Positions 51,501-63,047 of a stretch of 64,000 bases of DNA are shown here, piece by piece (the stretch's first letter is position 1; every line of letters starts with the position of its first letter). The notes under the pieces were generated by a model, which was not told the DNA's origin, did not search any database, and worked only from the letters and a program-made list of their open reading frames with translations. The stretch is from assembly GCF_022539665.2 (NCBI RefSeq), contig NC_081332.1, forward strand, positions 5,146,001-5,210,000. Reading direction: 5' to 3'. Position numbers and translations under genes: made by a program. The DNA comes from Daphnia carinata (taxonomy: Eukaryota).

Positions 51501-52014
51501 AGCCTTGCATTTTAATACCATACATTCTCTCACACTAGTTGATTATCGCCAAGGCCAGCTTGCCACTTTACTAGTTTCCGGCAAATGGAAGGGCGAGGGA
51601 AGTGAACCAGCACGTATTGCCCTTGCCCCAGATGGCAGGGTTGTTGCAATTGGTTCCAACTCGTCCCTCTACATTTATTCCACGGTCAACGCTGAGTTGT
51701 TAGCGCACATTCCAGACGTTCATTCGGGTAATGCCCTTTTTTTTTGCAGCCATGAATCAATTCGAGTACTCATTTCCTATTCTTGTATAGCCCCTATTAC
51801 GAGATTGCGCTTCGACTCTACTTCTCGGTTCATCCTAACAACCGGCGACAAATACGTCCGTATTTTCCATAATGTTGCTGGTTTTAAAATAGCTGTGGCA
51901 GACTTGGAATCGAAACTGAAAAAAACCACTGGACAGGCGATGAAGGAGCGGTGCCAGATACAACTCAAGGAAGCGGTAGCTTTGGTTAATTTGTTTAACG
52001 GCAAAAATGAATGA
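48584..52014 (+). CDS. TBL2: Transducin beta-like protein 2 (N-terminal TM, WD40 repeats)
   Basis: N-terminal hydrophobic anchor, LKGHTGAITDMDFSANGKHLATCAE|DRSLMLW, GFTPEVRVWEV, RAFELGGH, SKDGTWRLY. Confidence 0.92.
49053..50282 (+). CDS. REXO1/GOR-like DEDDh 3'-5' exonuclease, intronless, nested in a TBL2 intron
   Basis: 409-aa ORF with CxxC...CxYHWG...CC...GC..H Zn region and Exo motifs YALDCEMCYT, IGHGLENDL, GHDSFEDA. Confidence 0.92.
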   Translation: MVETPTPSETDSGCVLSRRQKRNRMKKSQAGNKKKEHPTKTVESKQRMRRATPLKYYTRLQMKNSELYTYLYQYVLLDDQLLNLGYPVESSFYPDRAIIYKTPEANVTYYRSDVRRAFRHQPEIIEMAEHLYSSEHGDPYEEKPPLSPSLEKRCVRCKKGFFVTLDGEYLTEERCIYHWGQWKRPSSPGEAHGYTCCAGDEGSSGCTSGDLHVWNGVSPGMNGPFTDYVRTTPGSGSKIHSIYALDCEMCYTGRGLEVCKVSVISIDGCLVYEALVKPHHRVIDYNTRFSGLCEQDLKKATKTINDVQRDLLGFIYSQTILIGHGLENDLRALRILHSIIIDTAVLFPHYFGFPFRRSLKSLVASYLQRNIQVGHNGHDSFEDARACAELVLWKAACQLRPRHKSEHMP

Positions 52015-52509
52015 ATAAAGCATCATATACAGATTTCGAGTAAGGGAGAGTAGTCCAAAACGACTTCTTCTTTGCTTGAAAATCTGACATTTGAGCTATT
52101 GGCTTTACTTACCAATCGATTCGTGTCAAGTTGCAGTATTAATGGTGTATTGGTTACCTTCTCACCAATGGTACCAAAAAAGAAAGAGAGGGGAAGCAAG
52201 GAAACGTTTTGGGGTTCATGCGATAATGTGATCGTCTGAATGATCATGGTTGATCATGCATGTGCATGCAAGGCTACTTGAGTAGTGGTACCAGGTACCA
52301 GACATGCGTAGCCGGTACTGATGTTTCACCTGGACTATATGGTGGCATGGCAACCAGGAAGAAAACAGCACCGATTCTACGGGCTTTATGTTTCCAGCGT
52401 CGCCCGTATCATCATGGGTTCGTCCCATACTGCCGACAAACAAATTTAACCCGATGGTGTTAAAGCTAGTCGGTGGATTTGGATTCCGCCGATTGGACCC
52501 CAGGAAGAC

Positions 52510-53114
52510 ATGAACTCATCTGCTTCTAGTCGTAACAGTAATATATCCGAAGGAAACCGGACTGATATTGCGCTACCATTGGCTGCTGTCATTTCTCTGG
52601 CCATTACTTCATATGTTATCGTCGTTCTTGTCGGTGAGTATCGATTGTTTGTTCAAGTCTTTGAGCCTATCAGCCTGGCTGTTGATTGGATTTACTTTAT
52701 TTACAGGAATAGCAATACGGAAGTGGCTTCTCAGAATTTGTTGTTCGAGCACTGAGTCAACAACAGATTACTTCTGTGATATTGGTTCATATTGTTTTGC
52801 TTCTGATTCAACTGCAGCGTGCTGTGGCAACTCAGGAATCAACTGTTGCAGCTCGCCTGTGATGAATTGCTGCACTGCGGTAAACCACTTTTTTATTTAA
52901 ATTGTCCGTTTGGATTTTGTTTTTATAAATTTAATTGGTGTTGCTTTCGATTGATTTTTTTAAATTTCAGGGCACATCTAATTCATGTATTTTCTTCAAA
53001 AGCTGCTGGGGTTCATCGCAACCGATCGATTGCCAACCCTGTGACTGTTGTTGTTTCGAAATCGCATTTCACCTGAAAGGCCAGCGGTCGGCAGGAAGTG
53101 GTCCGTTACCGTGA
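52510..53114 (+). CDS. Small single-pass membrane protein with Cys-rich tail (3 exons)
   Basis: Spliced: N-glyc sequons, TM LPLAAVISLAITSYVIVVLVGIAI, then CC-rich segment ending DCQPCDCCCFEIAFH...LP*. Confidence 0.7.
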
Positions 53115-53295
53115 GTGATTGTTAAGGTAAACGCATAGAACTTTGAAGTCTCATTCAAGATAGAGATCCATAGAATTTTCAACTTGTATATTTCAGATTT
53201 GCATCCGAGAGTAATAGTGAAATTATGCGGTAACAAATAAGGTGCACAAAGCACAAGTGGTTAAATAGGGAGAAAGCGTGGCTAGGTTTAATTGT

Positions 53296-56200
53296 TCATT
53301 CTTCTGTCGTGTTGCCTGCAACAAATGAAACGGCTAAGATTTTTGTTTTTTATTTTGTTGTTAAGTTATAAAAATTGATTTACTTTTGACAGAAAAATTT
53401 GCTGCTGCTTGTGGAGCAGGAGCTGGACTGGGAATTGGTGCACGGCTGCGAGGTGGAGAAATAGAGCGCCTACGACTGGTACCTAATCTGGGTAGCAAAA
53501 ATGTGCTGTCTCGCACACGACGGTTCTTCCGCTGATGAGACTGAGGGCTTCTCAACCTGGTTGTCCGGACAGGCGTTCTAACCGGTTGCTCGGTTTCCGG
53601 GACGATTGACATTTCCAAAGTTTCTTGATCCCAATCACGCTCGGCAAATGAATGCCTGTTTAGTTAAAAATCAAACCAACGATTGTTGGTGAGGTATATT
53701 GTTTGTTAAAATCTCTCTATACAAGATAACTATACACTTGAAAATCTACTGCAAAAAGAAATCGTACACAGAGACGTTGGAGGCTATCCCGTTCATTGAG
53801 GCGTTGTTTAGTTCTCTAAACGTTTGATCCATTAAAGGGTAAGTGATGTCTCCGTCACGAATACCTAACGGGATAGCTTAAGTAATTTTGAAGTGTTTTA
53901 TGAATTTAACAACCCAGTTTTTACTAGATGCGGAGACGTTACGGTCAAAGTTGCTTGCGTTGGCAAAACGTGGCTGCATAATGTACTGGTTTACGCTAAT
54001 GACAGCTTCGCTGAGTTCCAATTCTCCCTCACTCAGGTTGTTCTCGTCAACGACGTTATCATTACCAAGGCTCTAGAATAACGAGAAGGAGAAAAAGTAA
54101 CGCACGAACACGTAAGGAGTCGGTCAGAGGCGTTTAAATATGAAAGAAAACAATGAAATACCGGAGTTCCGCTTTCGCTGCTAGTGGACACCCATTCATC
54201 ATCCGGCTGCAACGTAGTGCTCTGGAAACCACCAGCCAACCGGCGAACACTATCCGTTAAATTGAGCAGGCGTTGAGAGGGTGAGGTGCTCTCAAAAACT
54301 TCGTCAGTTAACAAAGCTTCATCGTTTTCGGTTATTGATGTATTTAACGTAGAAGTTTGCGTAGATAGGCATACGGTGGCTGCTCCGCGATCTGGTACTG
54401 ACGAGGTGGCGGATCCGATTTGATTCCGCACGTCTATATTTTCTTCTCCATCACTTTGGACAAGTTCCTGGTCGTGCCTACCCTGTTTTCAACAAAAATA
54501 ACGGATGAAATTCGGAAGGTAAGAAACTAGCGGAAGCCAAATACCTCGGTAAAACCTTTAATAATATTTAGGTAGCGAGCGTGTTTCTGTAGCATACTAG
54601 AGAGATATCTTTGAAGGTCGCGACATTTTTGATAATATGTCGGCGGACGGACATGAAATCTAAATATTATTGAATTCATTTAAAGTAAAGTAATATTATT
54701 AACAAAGTAAAAAGAAAACGCAAGCAAAAGAGACAGAATAGTTACCGTAGAATGAGAGAATTACTTTCCGGTCTCAGATAGCCTTCGGAAGCAAGGAGGT
54801 CGAGGCGAAAGAAACGGTTGTATCCCCAACACTCACCTGCATCGAATTCACTGGCGAATTCCCGTACTATATTGCGGTTTGCGGATAGCCCGCCGCTCGC
54901 ATTATTTGGCCCTTGATAGACCAGCTCCACCCTATATTCGTATCTGTTACAAAAAGTTAATTTAATTTAAGCTGATTTTGATAATTGATCTATGCGTTTG
55001 ATTACTTGGCTGGCTCTGATACACCGCTCGTCAATTCAAGAAAAACTGACAAGTAGTTGCCACGGACGATGCCATTGCCATCAGGATATACCTTTGCAAA
55101 ATATTTATCAAACCTAACAAACTTAAAAGGAATTTGAAAGAAATCTTACCTTTAGTCTCCACTTTAGGCCGTCTACAACCAATGGAGGTGAGTAAATTGG
55201 ATCTGCGTTATTCCTCATACGACTGAAATCTTCAATTGTAAAGATGCTGCTACTGTATGGGGGAACTATTTCACTTTGAAAATCCGCCGGAACGTGGTGT
55301 AACGTGAACGAACTTAAAGCTCGTCTTTGAGCCCTGTCCATTGCAGACATTATTTCGCCGCTCTTAGCTATCAGTTGACTCTTGGACTCATTTTGCAGAG
55401 TTGTTTCAGTTTCCTTAAAATTGAAAAAGTGAAAATTATGCTATGTTCTACACAAAATGTAATGAAACCAAACCTGCAGCAAGGCTTCTAAATGATCAGT
55501 TTCTTGAGTAAGAACATTTTTTTGTCCCACTAACGAAAGGAGTTTGCTTCGTAACTGTGAATCTAGACGTGACACAATCAACTCTACGGCGTGGCGTATT
55601 TCACTAACTTTCTCGTCTTTTGCAGTACGTACGCTTTCGACGTTACGTTCCTTTACCAAATAAGATAATTTCTCCATATATCTTTAGATAAGTGGCACAA
55701 AATAATTTTTTTACCACATCTTGAACGATCATGCTTATCTCGAGAAGTCTTCGTCTTAATTGGGCGATTCCGTCCCGAATTTTAGTTGCATGAGTTTCAT
55801 ACATTCCATCTAACGGCTGATTCCATTCACAAAGAGAGATTATCATATTACACGCTGAAAAGCTGCTGTCAGTATCTACAACCCCCAACCTATTATGCAC
55901 GCAATTACCTGGAACATATGGCCTGAGTGAGTGCCTTCCCAAAGTGCACATTTGTGGCAAATACAGCTCTTGCATGTTCCACAATAGACTGACAGTTTTT
56001 CATTGTGCATATCACACCTGTAGATTTAAAAAAAAAACAGTAATTAAATTTTTTTCCTTAAATTACTTATTTTTAAGTTACAAAACATTACAAATCTGTG
56101 GTACTGGCACTATTTGATATAGAATTGGCTGGTGTAACTGATGGAGTACTTTGCAGCTGAAGGCTTTCTAACTGTTGAGTGATATCTCCGACCCAACGAC

Positions 56201-56578
56201 AGTTGACAAGCTCATGAGGTCTTAGTGGAAGTCTACAGTGAGGACATTGTGAGCGTTGTTCAACAAGCCATCTCCGAATACAAGCAAAACAACAAAGTTT
56301 TGAGCAGTGTGGACACAATCTTGCATCCCTCAACTTGTCCATACATATGAAGCATCGAAATACATCAGCGATACCCTAAAATGAAATTAAGATAGCCAAT
56401 TTGGTTAGCTAATGTAGGAGTATAATTGTGTTTTTGGTAACACATAGACAGAAGAATGTAGTAAGAGGTGTAAGGAAAATGAGTTGGCAAGAAAAAATAT
56501 CTGAAGGTTTGTGTTAAATCAATATAAGACTGGTTAAAAGAATTTTACGAGTAAAAGATAATGGACTATTACCTCCAT
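53296..56578 (-). CDS. TRIM37: E3 ubiquitin ligase TRIM37 (RING, B-box, coiled coil, MATH)
   Basis: [28 protein letters not shown]...LVNCRW; MATH motifs [11 protein letters not shown] and IVREFASEF...[13 protein letters not shown]. Confidence 0.93.
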
Positions 56579-56943
56579 GATCCCAAACAAGCGTTTATCA
56601 AGTCTAAAAAGGAACAGGCAATAGTTTTTTCACGAACAAAATCGTGACACGATCGGGTGACTATTACAAAGGCATTCTATCAATCAAACTTCCCCAAGTG
56701 AGCGCCCTAAGCAATCTGAAACTCTCAAGGTTAAAAAGGTAAACACAACTGATGTCATGTGGCAATGAAATTGATTCCTTTCACGGCAGATGTCCTTGAG
56801 TTCTTTACTTTGCATGGCTGCCACTAGACTATTCCGCGGGAGTCGAACCGCAAAGTTAACTTCCACGTTGGCTTTTTGCTCAGATACTCATTCACCTCGT
56901 GGCTGTCTTGCAGTAATTTCCTAGTTTTAACTTTCATACCAAT

Positions 56944-57603
56944 ATGTCGGGAAATCAGGAAAGAACCTATCTGATGATCAAGCCTGATGGTGTCCAACGA
57001 GGACTAGTCGGCGAAATCATCAAGAGATTCGAACAGAAAGGCTTCAAATTGGTTGCACTCAAGTTTGTCCAGGTATGTACGTGAGTAGTTGCGATCATAA
57101 AGGTAGTCATCAGTTATGCTAACTTAACATTGCTTGACGTCTTGTCAAATAGCCTACCGAAGAACTGTTGCAAAAACATTATGCTGATTTATCTGGTCGT
57201 CCTTTCTTTCCTGGTTTGGTTAAATACATGGCATCTGGACCAGTTGTTGCTATGGTAAGTTGTTTTCTTAACTTCAAATTGATTGGTTTTATTGTTTTGT
57301 TAACATTTTAGGTCTGGGAGGGGTTGAATGCAGTCAAAACTGGTCGTCAAATGTTGGGTGAAACTAACCCTGCCGACTCCAAACCTGGTACTATCAGAGG
57401 AGATTTCTGCATCCAAGTTGGAAGGTATGGTCCAGAAATTGAACTATGTATTAATTGCATACACATTGCTTTTTATTAATAGGAACATTATGCATGGATC
57501 TGACTCTGTTGAAAGTGCCAACAAGGAGATTGCACTTTGGTTCAAGGACGAAGAACTTGTGTCTTGGCAGCCAGCTGACAAATGCTGGGTCTATGAAGAC
57601 TAA
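56944..57603 (+). CDS. awd: Nucleoside diphosphate kinase (awd/NME1-2 type)
   Basis: [54 protein letters not shown]. Confidence 0.97.
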
Positions 57604-58308
57604 CTTTATTTACCACAGTAGGTTAAAGATTCATAAATGTTGAATTATTAAACAGAACCAAATATTAAATTTGATTGTTTGAAACAGATTTTATTTGAAC
57701 CATGGCTGTTGCTTTGCAGAGTGATTGTGGTTTTCAATTATAAGAAGAATAAAAAGTTGAACTGTAAAAGCTAGAGTTTCTTGTTTAACTTGACATATGG
57801 TGCATGTGGCAAAACATAAGAGTGAATAGTTCGACAAGTACCAGTACTATTATTGAAGCATACCTGCGAATCATAGCTGTTAGCATCCAATCTGTCAGAA
57901 ATGAAAATTGAATGAAGATCATGAGAATCAGGTTTATTTTTGCTGAGGATTTGTAATTTTTGAAAATCACTTAGAACAGACAAGCTAATAGTTGTTGCTC
58001 CAATAACACTTTTGTTCCGTAGATTTCAAAAATTACCCTGCCGATGAAAAAACAAATACTATTACTAATAACAACGTTCAATTTTTAGTACAATTTGTAA
58101 CTTTTATTGAATTCCAAGAGATGCTCAATTTTGCAGATTTTGACCAAAGTGAGAGGGCCTTATTTTCGTCAAAATCAACAAACAATTCAACATAAAACAC
58201 TATTCAAAATTATTGCTGATTCCGGCTGGGATACTAGTATTCCTATTAGGAATGTATAGCAATCCGTTTTACCCCCAAAAAAAAAAAAAAATTTCGGCCT
58301 TTTTTTTC

Positions 58309-58922
58309 TTTTTTACAGCTACCGCCATCTACCAGTCAGATTCTAATTAAGTCTCTAAATACAACTTTACATATTCTAGCCATGTAAATATAGAATTTTT
58401 TTAATTAATAACTTTATTTGATTAACATATAACTACAGTAATTATTTTGTTATATTCTACTTGCTTAACTTAATTATTATTACTATTAACTATTCACTTT
58501 ACTTTTTGTACTGCATTTTGCAGCAATGATAATAATAGCAATAATTGCTTATTTTAGGTATATATAATATGTCTGAGTAATATAAAGTCGTTATTGTGTA
58601 TTATTTTCACACCGGAACAAACAATAACGACTTTATATTACTCAAACATATTATTTCTACCTAAAACAAGCAATCATTCTAATTGTTATTAGAATTACAT
58701 TCATTATATTTGCTGCAGTACAAAATGGAAAGTTAATAGTTAAAAGTAATAATAATTAAGTTAATTAAGTAGAATATAACAAAATAATTATTGTATAGTT
58801 ATATGTTAATCAAATAAAGTTATTAATTAAAAAAATTATATATTTACAGGGCTAGAATATGTAAAGTTGTGTTGAGAGACTTCATTCAAATTTGACCGCT
58901 AGATGGCCATAGCTGTAAAAAA
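58309..58922. repeat. AT-rich imperfect foldback palindrome (~290-300-bp arms, 23-nt loop)
   Basis: 58309-58597 is the diverged reverse complement of 58621-58922 (e.g. CAACTTTACATATTCTAGC / GCTAGAATATGTAAAGTTG; TGAGTAATATAAAGTCGTTATTGT / ACAATAACGACTTTATATTACTCA). Confidence 0.93.
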
Positions 58923-59103
58923 AATTTCGCCAAAAAAAAAAAAAAATAAATCCCACTTTTTCCTTTTTTTCCGACACGTAGCCATCTACCGCTCAGACTC
59001 GTTATAACTGGCGTAGGCAATTTCAGTCCATTGGATGCCATTCGCAGTTAGTTCAGTAGCGTGGATGGAGAGAATAACGCGTGGCTGGAGGAACAATTGA
59101 AAA

Positions 59104-59778
59104 ATGGATAAGATACTACAACAAAAGGATGGTAAGTATAAACATTATTATATTGGTTTTCAATTATTAATTATTGTTTATTAGATCAAATTATGAAGCT
59201 GCAGGCCCAATTATTGGAACAACACAAAATATTAGATAACAGCAAAGCTAAGGATGGTAAGGCCTAATACGTAATGATTCTATTTATTTGCTTTTATTCA
59301 TTTGTGTTTTGTAGCTCAAATTTTGAGTCTACAAGCTCAGCTAGGGGGCAAGAACAAATTGGAACGGAACAGTTTCCAAACAGTGAAGGAGGTTTTTCAA
59401 AACTCTTCCCTAACTGAACGTGAGGATGAGTTGGCATTAGTCGAACACAGTCAGGTACCTAACCTTTTCAAATAAGAATTCAAAATAAGTATAGAATTTT
59501 AACAAACAATTATTTCTTGTTTAGTTATTCAGTCCACCACCTGACAGTGTGTTAAATTTAAATTCTGTTAGTGCTGCACTAAAAGAATCGTTAGTAATAA
59601 GTCCATGCAGCGAAGGAATTGAACAATTGTGGGACCGTATTTGGGCCGAAAATGGGTGTGGTACGGAAACCGAGATGTGGCACGAGTTCAACATAAAACA
59701 TGAATTAGGTACTTTTCGGTTTTTTGTCTATTGAAAAAGTATTTTTAATGCTATTATTTTGCATTCACAGAATTTTAG
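59104..59778 (+). CDS. Putative spliced orphan protein (~143 aa, coiled-coil-like N-terminal repeats), left-arm copy
   Basis: Four short GT-AG introns keep frame: MDKILQQKD|DQIMKLQAQLL...KAKD|AQILSLQAQL...HSQ|LFSPPP...WDRIWAENGCG...HEL|EF*; an alternative acceptor extends to 59864. Confidence 0.6.
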
Positions 59779-61248
59779 CAGGGGATCAAGTCAAGTCTGG
59801 AAGTGTTACAGGATGGAAGAGTCAGCCTAAGTTGAAAAAACACTTGAGAGTGCATTACCATTAAGGTATGAGGTAAAGTAATAGAGTATGCACATTGTCT
59901 AATGAGAAGTACCATCTTGTGTGAATGAATCCTGTATAACAGCAATCCTTTATAGTTCTGTCACAGCTAGAAGCTTTAAATAATTCTGCTTCCCTTGCTA
60001 AAGAACAACTTGTCCTTTACGCTCAGAGTGTTGGTGAAGCTGGGTACTTAAATGGCCGTAAAGATGTTTCACTTCACTGGCATTGCAGCGCTGAACAGCA
60101 TACATGGACTCTTTAGGTATGAAAGGAATTTTCTTGACAATTTTTTGAATTTATGATGAAGCTTTTCTCTTCCTTTTTGCCAACCATGTCTAATCTACAA
60201 AACAAAAATTTATCCAATAGGAAAGGATTTTCAGTATACTGGGAACACAACTATCAACAATGCAACATTCTAGGGGTGCTATTTTATCATTCAAGAGCCT
60301 TTTACAATGATCTTCATCTGCAATTTGTATGTCCTGTCCCAAGCTTCTGCCAGAAGTTGAATCTATAAGTCATGTAAGTCACATGATCAACAATTGATAT
60401 GTTTAATGGTGTTGTTTTTCTTTTCTCAATATAGGTTAATAGTAACATTGGATCTGAAAAAATTCTTGGTTGGGGCAAGACACTGAATAAATTGTATTGA
60501 TTGGATGGATGACATGACATTTCTATACTTAATTCGGATTCCCCAGACGGTATTTGATATTAAAAAAATTGAAGTGCATATCTGGGCTCCCTTCTTTTCT
60601 GAAGCCCCGTTTCCCCTTGACTCGTAATAAGCCCGTAGGGGGTCATGCCCCTACTGTACGGTATATATAAAAACAACATATACCGAGGTTTGGAGGGCTC
60701 TGGCCGGAAAGGGGACGTGGGGTGCCGCTTAGTCCGATGATGTGTTCACGGAGGGCGATGTGGCTACCCACAAATCCGAACTAAAGGTTAATCGCTCCTG
60801 TAAAAATGTTCCAAATCTTCAGCTCTTCTTCCGGCTTCTCTTAGCCAATCACCGGGTAATCTCCCCGGTGGGTCAACAAGGCAGTGTCTCCCCCTGCCTG
60901 GGTTGACGGCAACTTTTGAAAGGGCTATTGTGCCTTTTTAAAGTTGCAAAAATAATTGTAATGTGCAGAGAATTGTCAATAAAATTTTTTTTATAAAATA
61001 TTTTTTGCAAAATTTGTTTCTTTCATTGTCTGTTAGCTGTGTTCACACATTACATTTATCAACTTTTTTTTTTTGCTTTGCTTTATTTGTTTTGGTTACC
61101 TTTGATGGTAAGCATTGTTTCCATTGGTTTATCGTTTATCTGTAACTATTCAATTATTATTTATTACACTTTTTAAATTCTTCAACTTAGATTCAAGGAA
61201 CAACGTGTAATATCTGAATATTTTTTGAATTAATTTTGTATTTTGTTT

Positions 61249-61318
61249 TACTCGTATGGGAACCGATCCCCAGACATTCAGCGTGCAACGCCGATGCTCT
61301 AACATTAAGCCACGAGAT
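61249..61318 (-). pseudogene. tRNA-like sequence (anticodon-position TGC), degenerate
   Basis: TGGCTTAATGTTAGAGCA-TCGGC-GTTGCAC-GCTGA...GGATCGGTTCCC; related to 61604-61675. Confidence 0.55.
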
Positions 61319-61416
61319 ATATCTAAAAGTTTTATTATCGCATACCATATGTTATCGTCTAGGATGTTTATGCAGTCTTTCACAACTATATGTTTATCTT
61401 TCTATAGCTTTCATAA

Positions 61417-61485
61417 GGTTCATAGCTCTGTGGTAGAGCCTTTAGCTGCGATATTTGTTACCCTGGGTTCAAACCTCAGTTGCTG
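61417..61485 (+). pseudogene. tRNA-like sequence, degenerate
   Basis: A-box TAGCTCTGTGGTAGAGC and B-box GGTTCAAACC; anticodon arm unpaired. Confidence 0.5.
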
Positions 61486-61603
61486 TGTAAAAAATAAAGC
61501 AGAATAATTATAGAAAAGAATATTGCAGCATTTCATTTCAATTTTATTCTAAGTGTAAATGTAAGTCCGTAAGTGACCAGAAAAAAGCAAACTTACTATG
61601 ATA

Positions 61604-61675
61604 TGATTCATGGCACATTGGTAGAGCATCGGCGCGGTATGCCGAACATCCAGGGTTCGATTCCCCAATGAGTCA
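61604..61675 (+). pseudogene. tRNA-like cloverleaf (anticodon-position GGT), imperfect T-stem
   Basis: Acceptor TGATTCA/TGAGTCA, D arm GCAC/GAGC, anticodon stem TCGGC/GCCGA with 7-nt loop, GGTTCGATTCC B-box. Confidence 0.62.
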
Positions 61676-63047
61676 AAATTGAAAGCTCAATTGAAAACAA
61701 ATAAGGCTGTGTATGTATCAACAACCAAGGATAATACATACATTGCGGCTAAATGTGTGGAAAAAAAAACAAGGAAAAAAAAGCGCACAGTAAGAACAAA
61801 GTTGAAAACACAAGTTTTGCTTTTTTTGTTTAAAAAAATAAATTGTATTGACATTACTCTGCACTTATAAATGATCTAGCAACTTTAAAAAGGCACAATA
61901 GCCCTTTCAAAAGTTGCCGTCAACCCAGGCAGGGGGAGACACTGCCTTGTTGACCCACCGGGGAGATTACCCGGTGATTGGCTAAGAGAAGCCGGAAGAA
62001 GAGCTGAAGATTTGGAACATTTTTACAGGAGCGATTAACCTTTAGTTCGGATTTGTGGGTAGCCACATCGCCCTCCGTGAACACATCATCGGACTAAGCG
62101 GCACCCCACGTCCCCTTTCCGGCCAGAGCCCTCCAAACCTCGGTATATGTTGTTTTTATATATACCGTACAGTAGGGGCATGACCCCCTACGGGCTTATT
62201 ACGAGTCAAGGGGAAACGGGGCTTCAGAAAAGAAGGGAGCCCAGATATGCACTTCAATTTTTTTAATATCAAATACCGTCTGGGGAATCCGAATTAAGTA
62301 TAGAAATGTCATGTCATCCATCCAATCAATACAATTTATTCAGTGTCTTGCCCCAACCAAGAATTTTTTCAGATCCAATGTTACTATTAACCTATATTGA
62401 GAAAAGAAAAACAACACCATTAAACATATCAATTGTTGATCATGTGACTTACATGACTTATAGATTCAACTTCTGGCAGAAGCTTGGGACAGGACATACA
62501 AATTGCAGATGAAGATCATTGTAAAAGGCTCTTGAATGATAAAATAGCACCCCTAGAATGTTGCATTGTTGATAGTTGTGTTCCCAGTATACTGAAAATC
62601 CTTTCCTATTGGATAAATTTTTGTTTTGTAGATTAGACATGGTTGGCAAAAAGGAAGAGAAAAGCTTCATCATAAATTCAAAAAATTGTCAAGAAAATTC
62701 CTTTCATACCTAAAGAGTCCATGTATGCTGTTCAGCGCTGCAATGCCAGTGAAGTGAAACATCTTTACGGCCATTTAAGTACCCAGCTTCACCAACACTC
62801 TGAGCGTAAAGGACAAGTTGTTCTTTAGCAAGGGAAGCAGAATTATTTAAAGCTTCTAGCTGTGACAGAACTATAAAGGATTGCTGTTATACAGGATTCA
62901 TTCACACAAGATGGTACTTCTCATTAGACAATGTGCATACTCTATTACTTTACCTCATACCTTAATGGTAATGCACTCTCAAGTGTTTTTTCAACTTAGG
63001 CTGACTCTTCCATCCTGTAACACTTCCAGACTTGACTTGATCCCCTG

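Noticed and set aside
57771..58200. Possible minus-strand exons next to the palindrome
   Set aside because: Exon-like pieces could not be joined in frame; may be a gene remnant but unsupported
62119..62230. RNase MRP-like ACGGGGCT motif and a nearby CTGAAGA (hammerhead-like) in the structured domain
   Set aside because: No GARAG CR-I partner and no properly placed hammerhead stems; no telomerase-like template either
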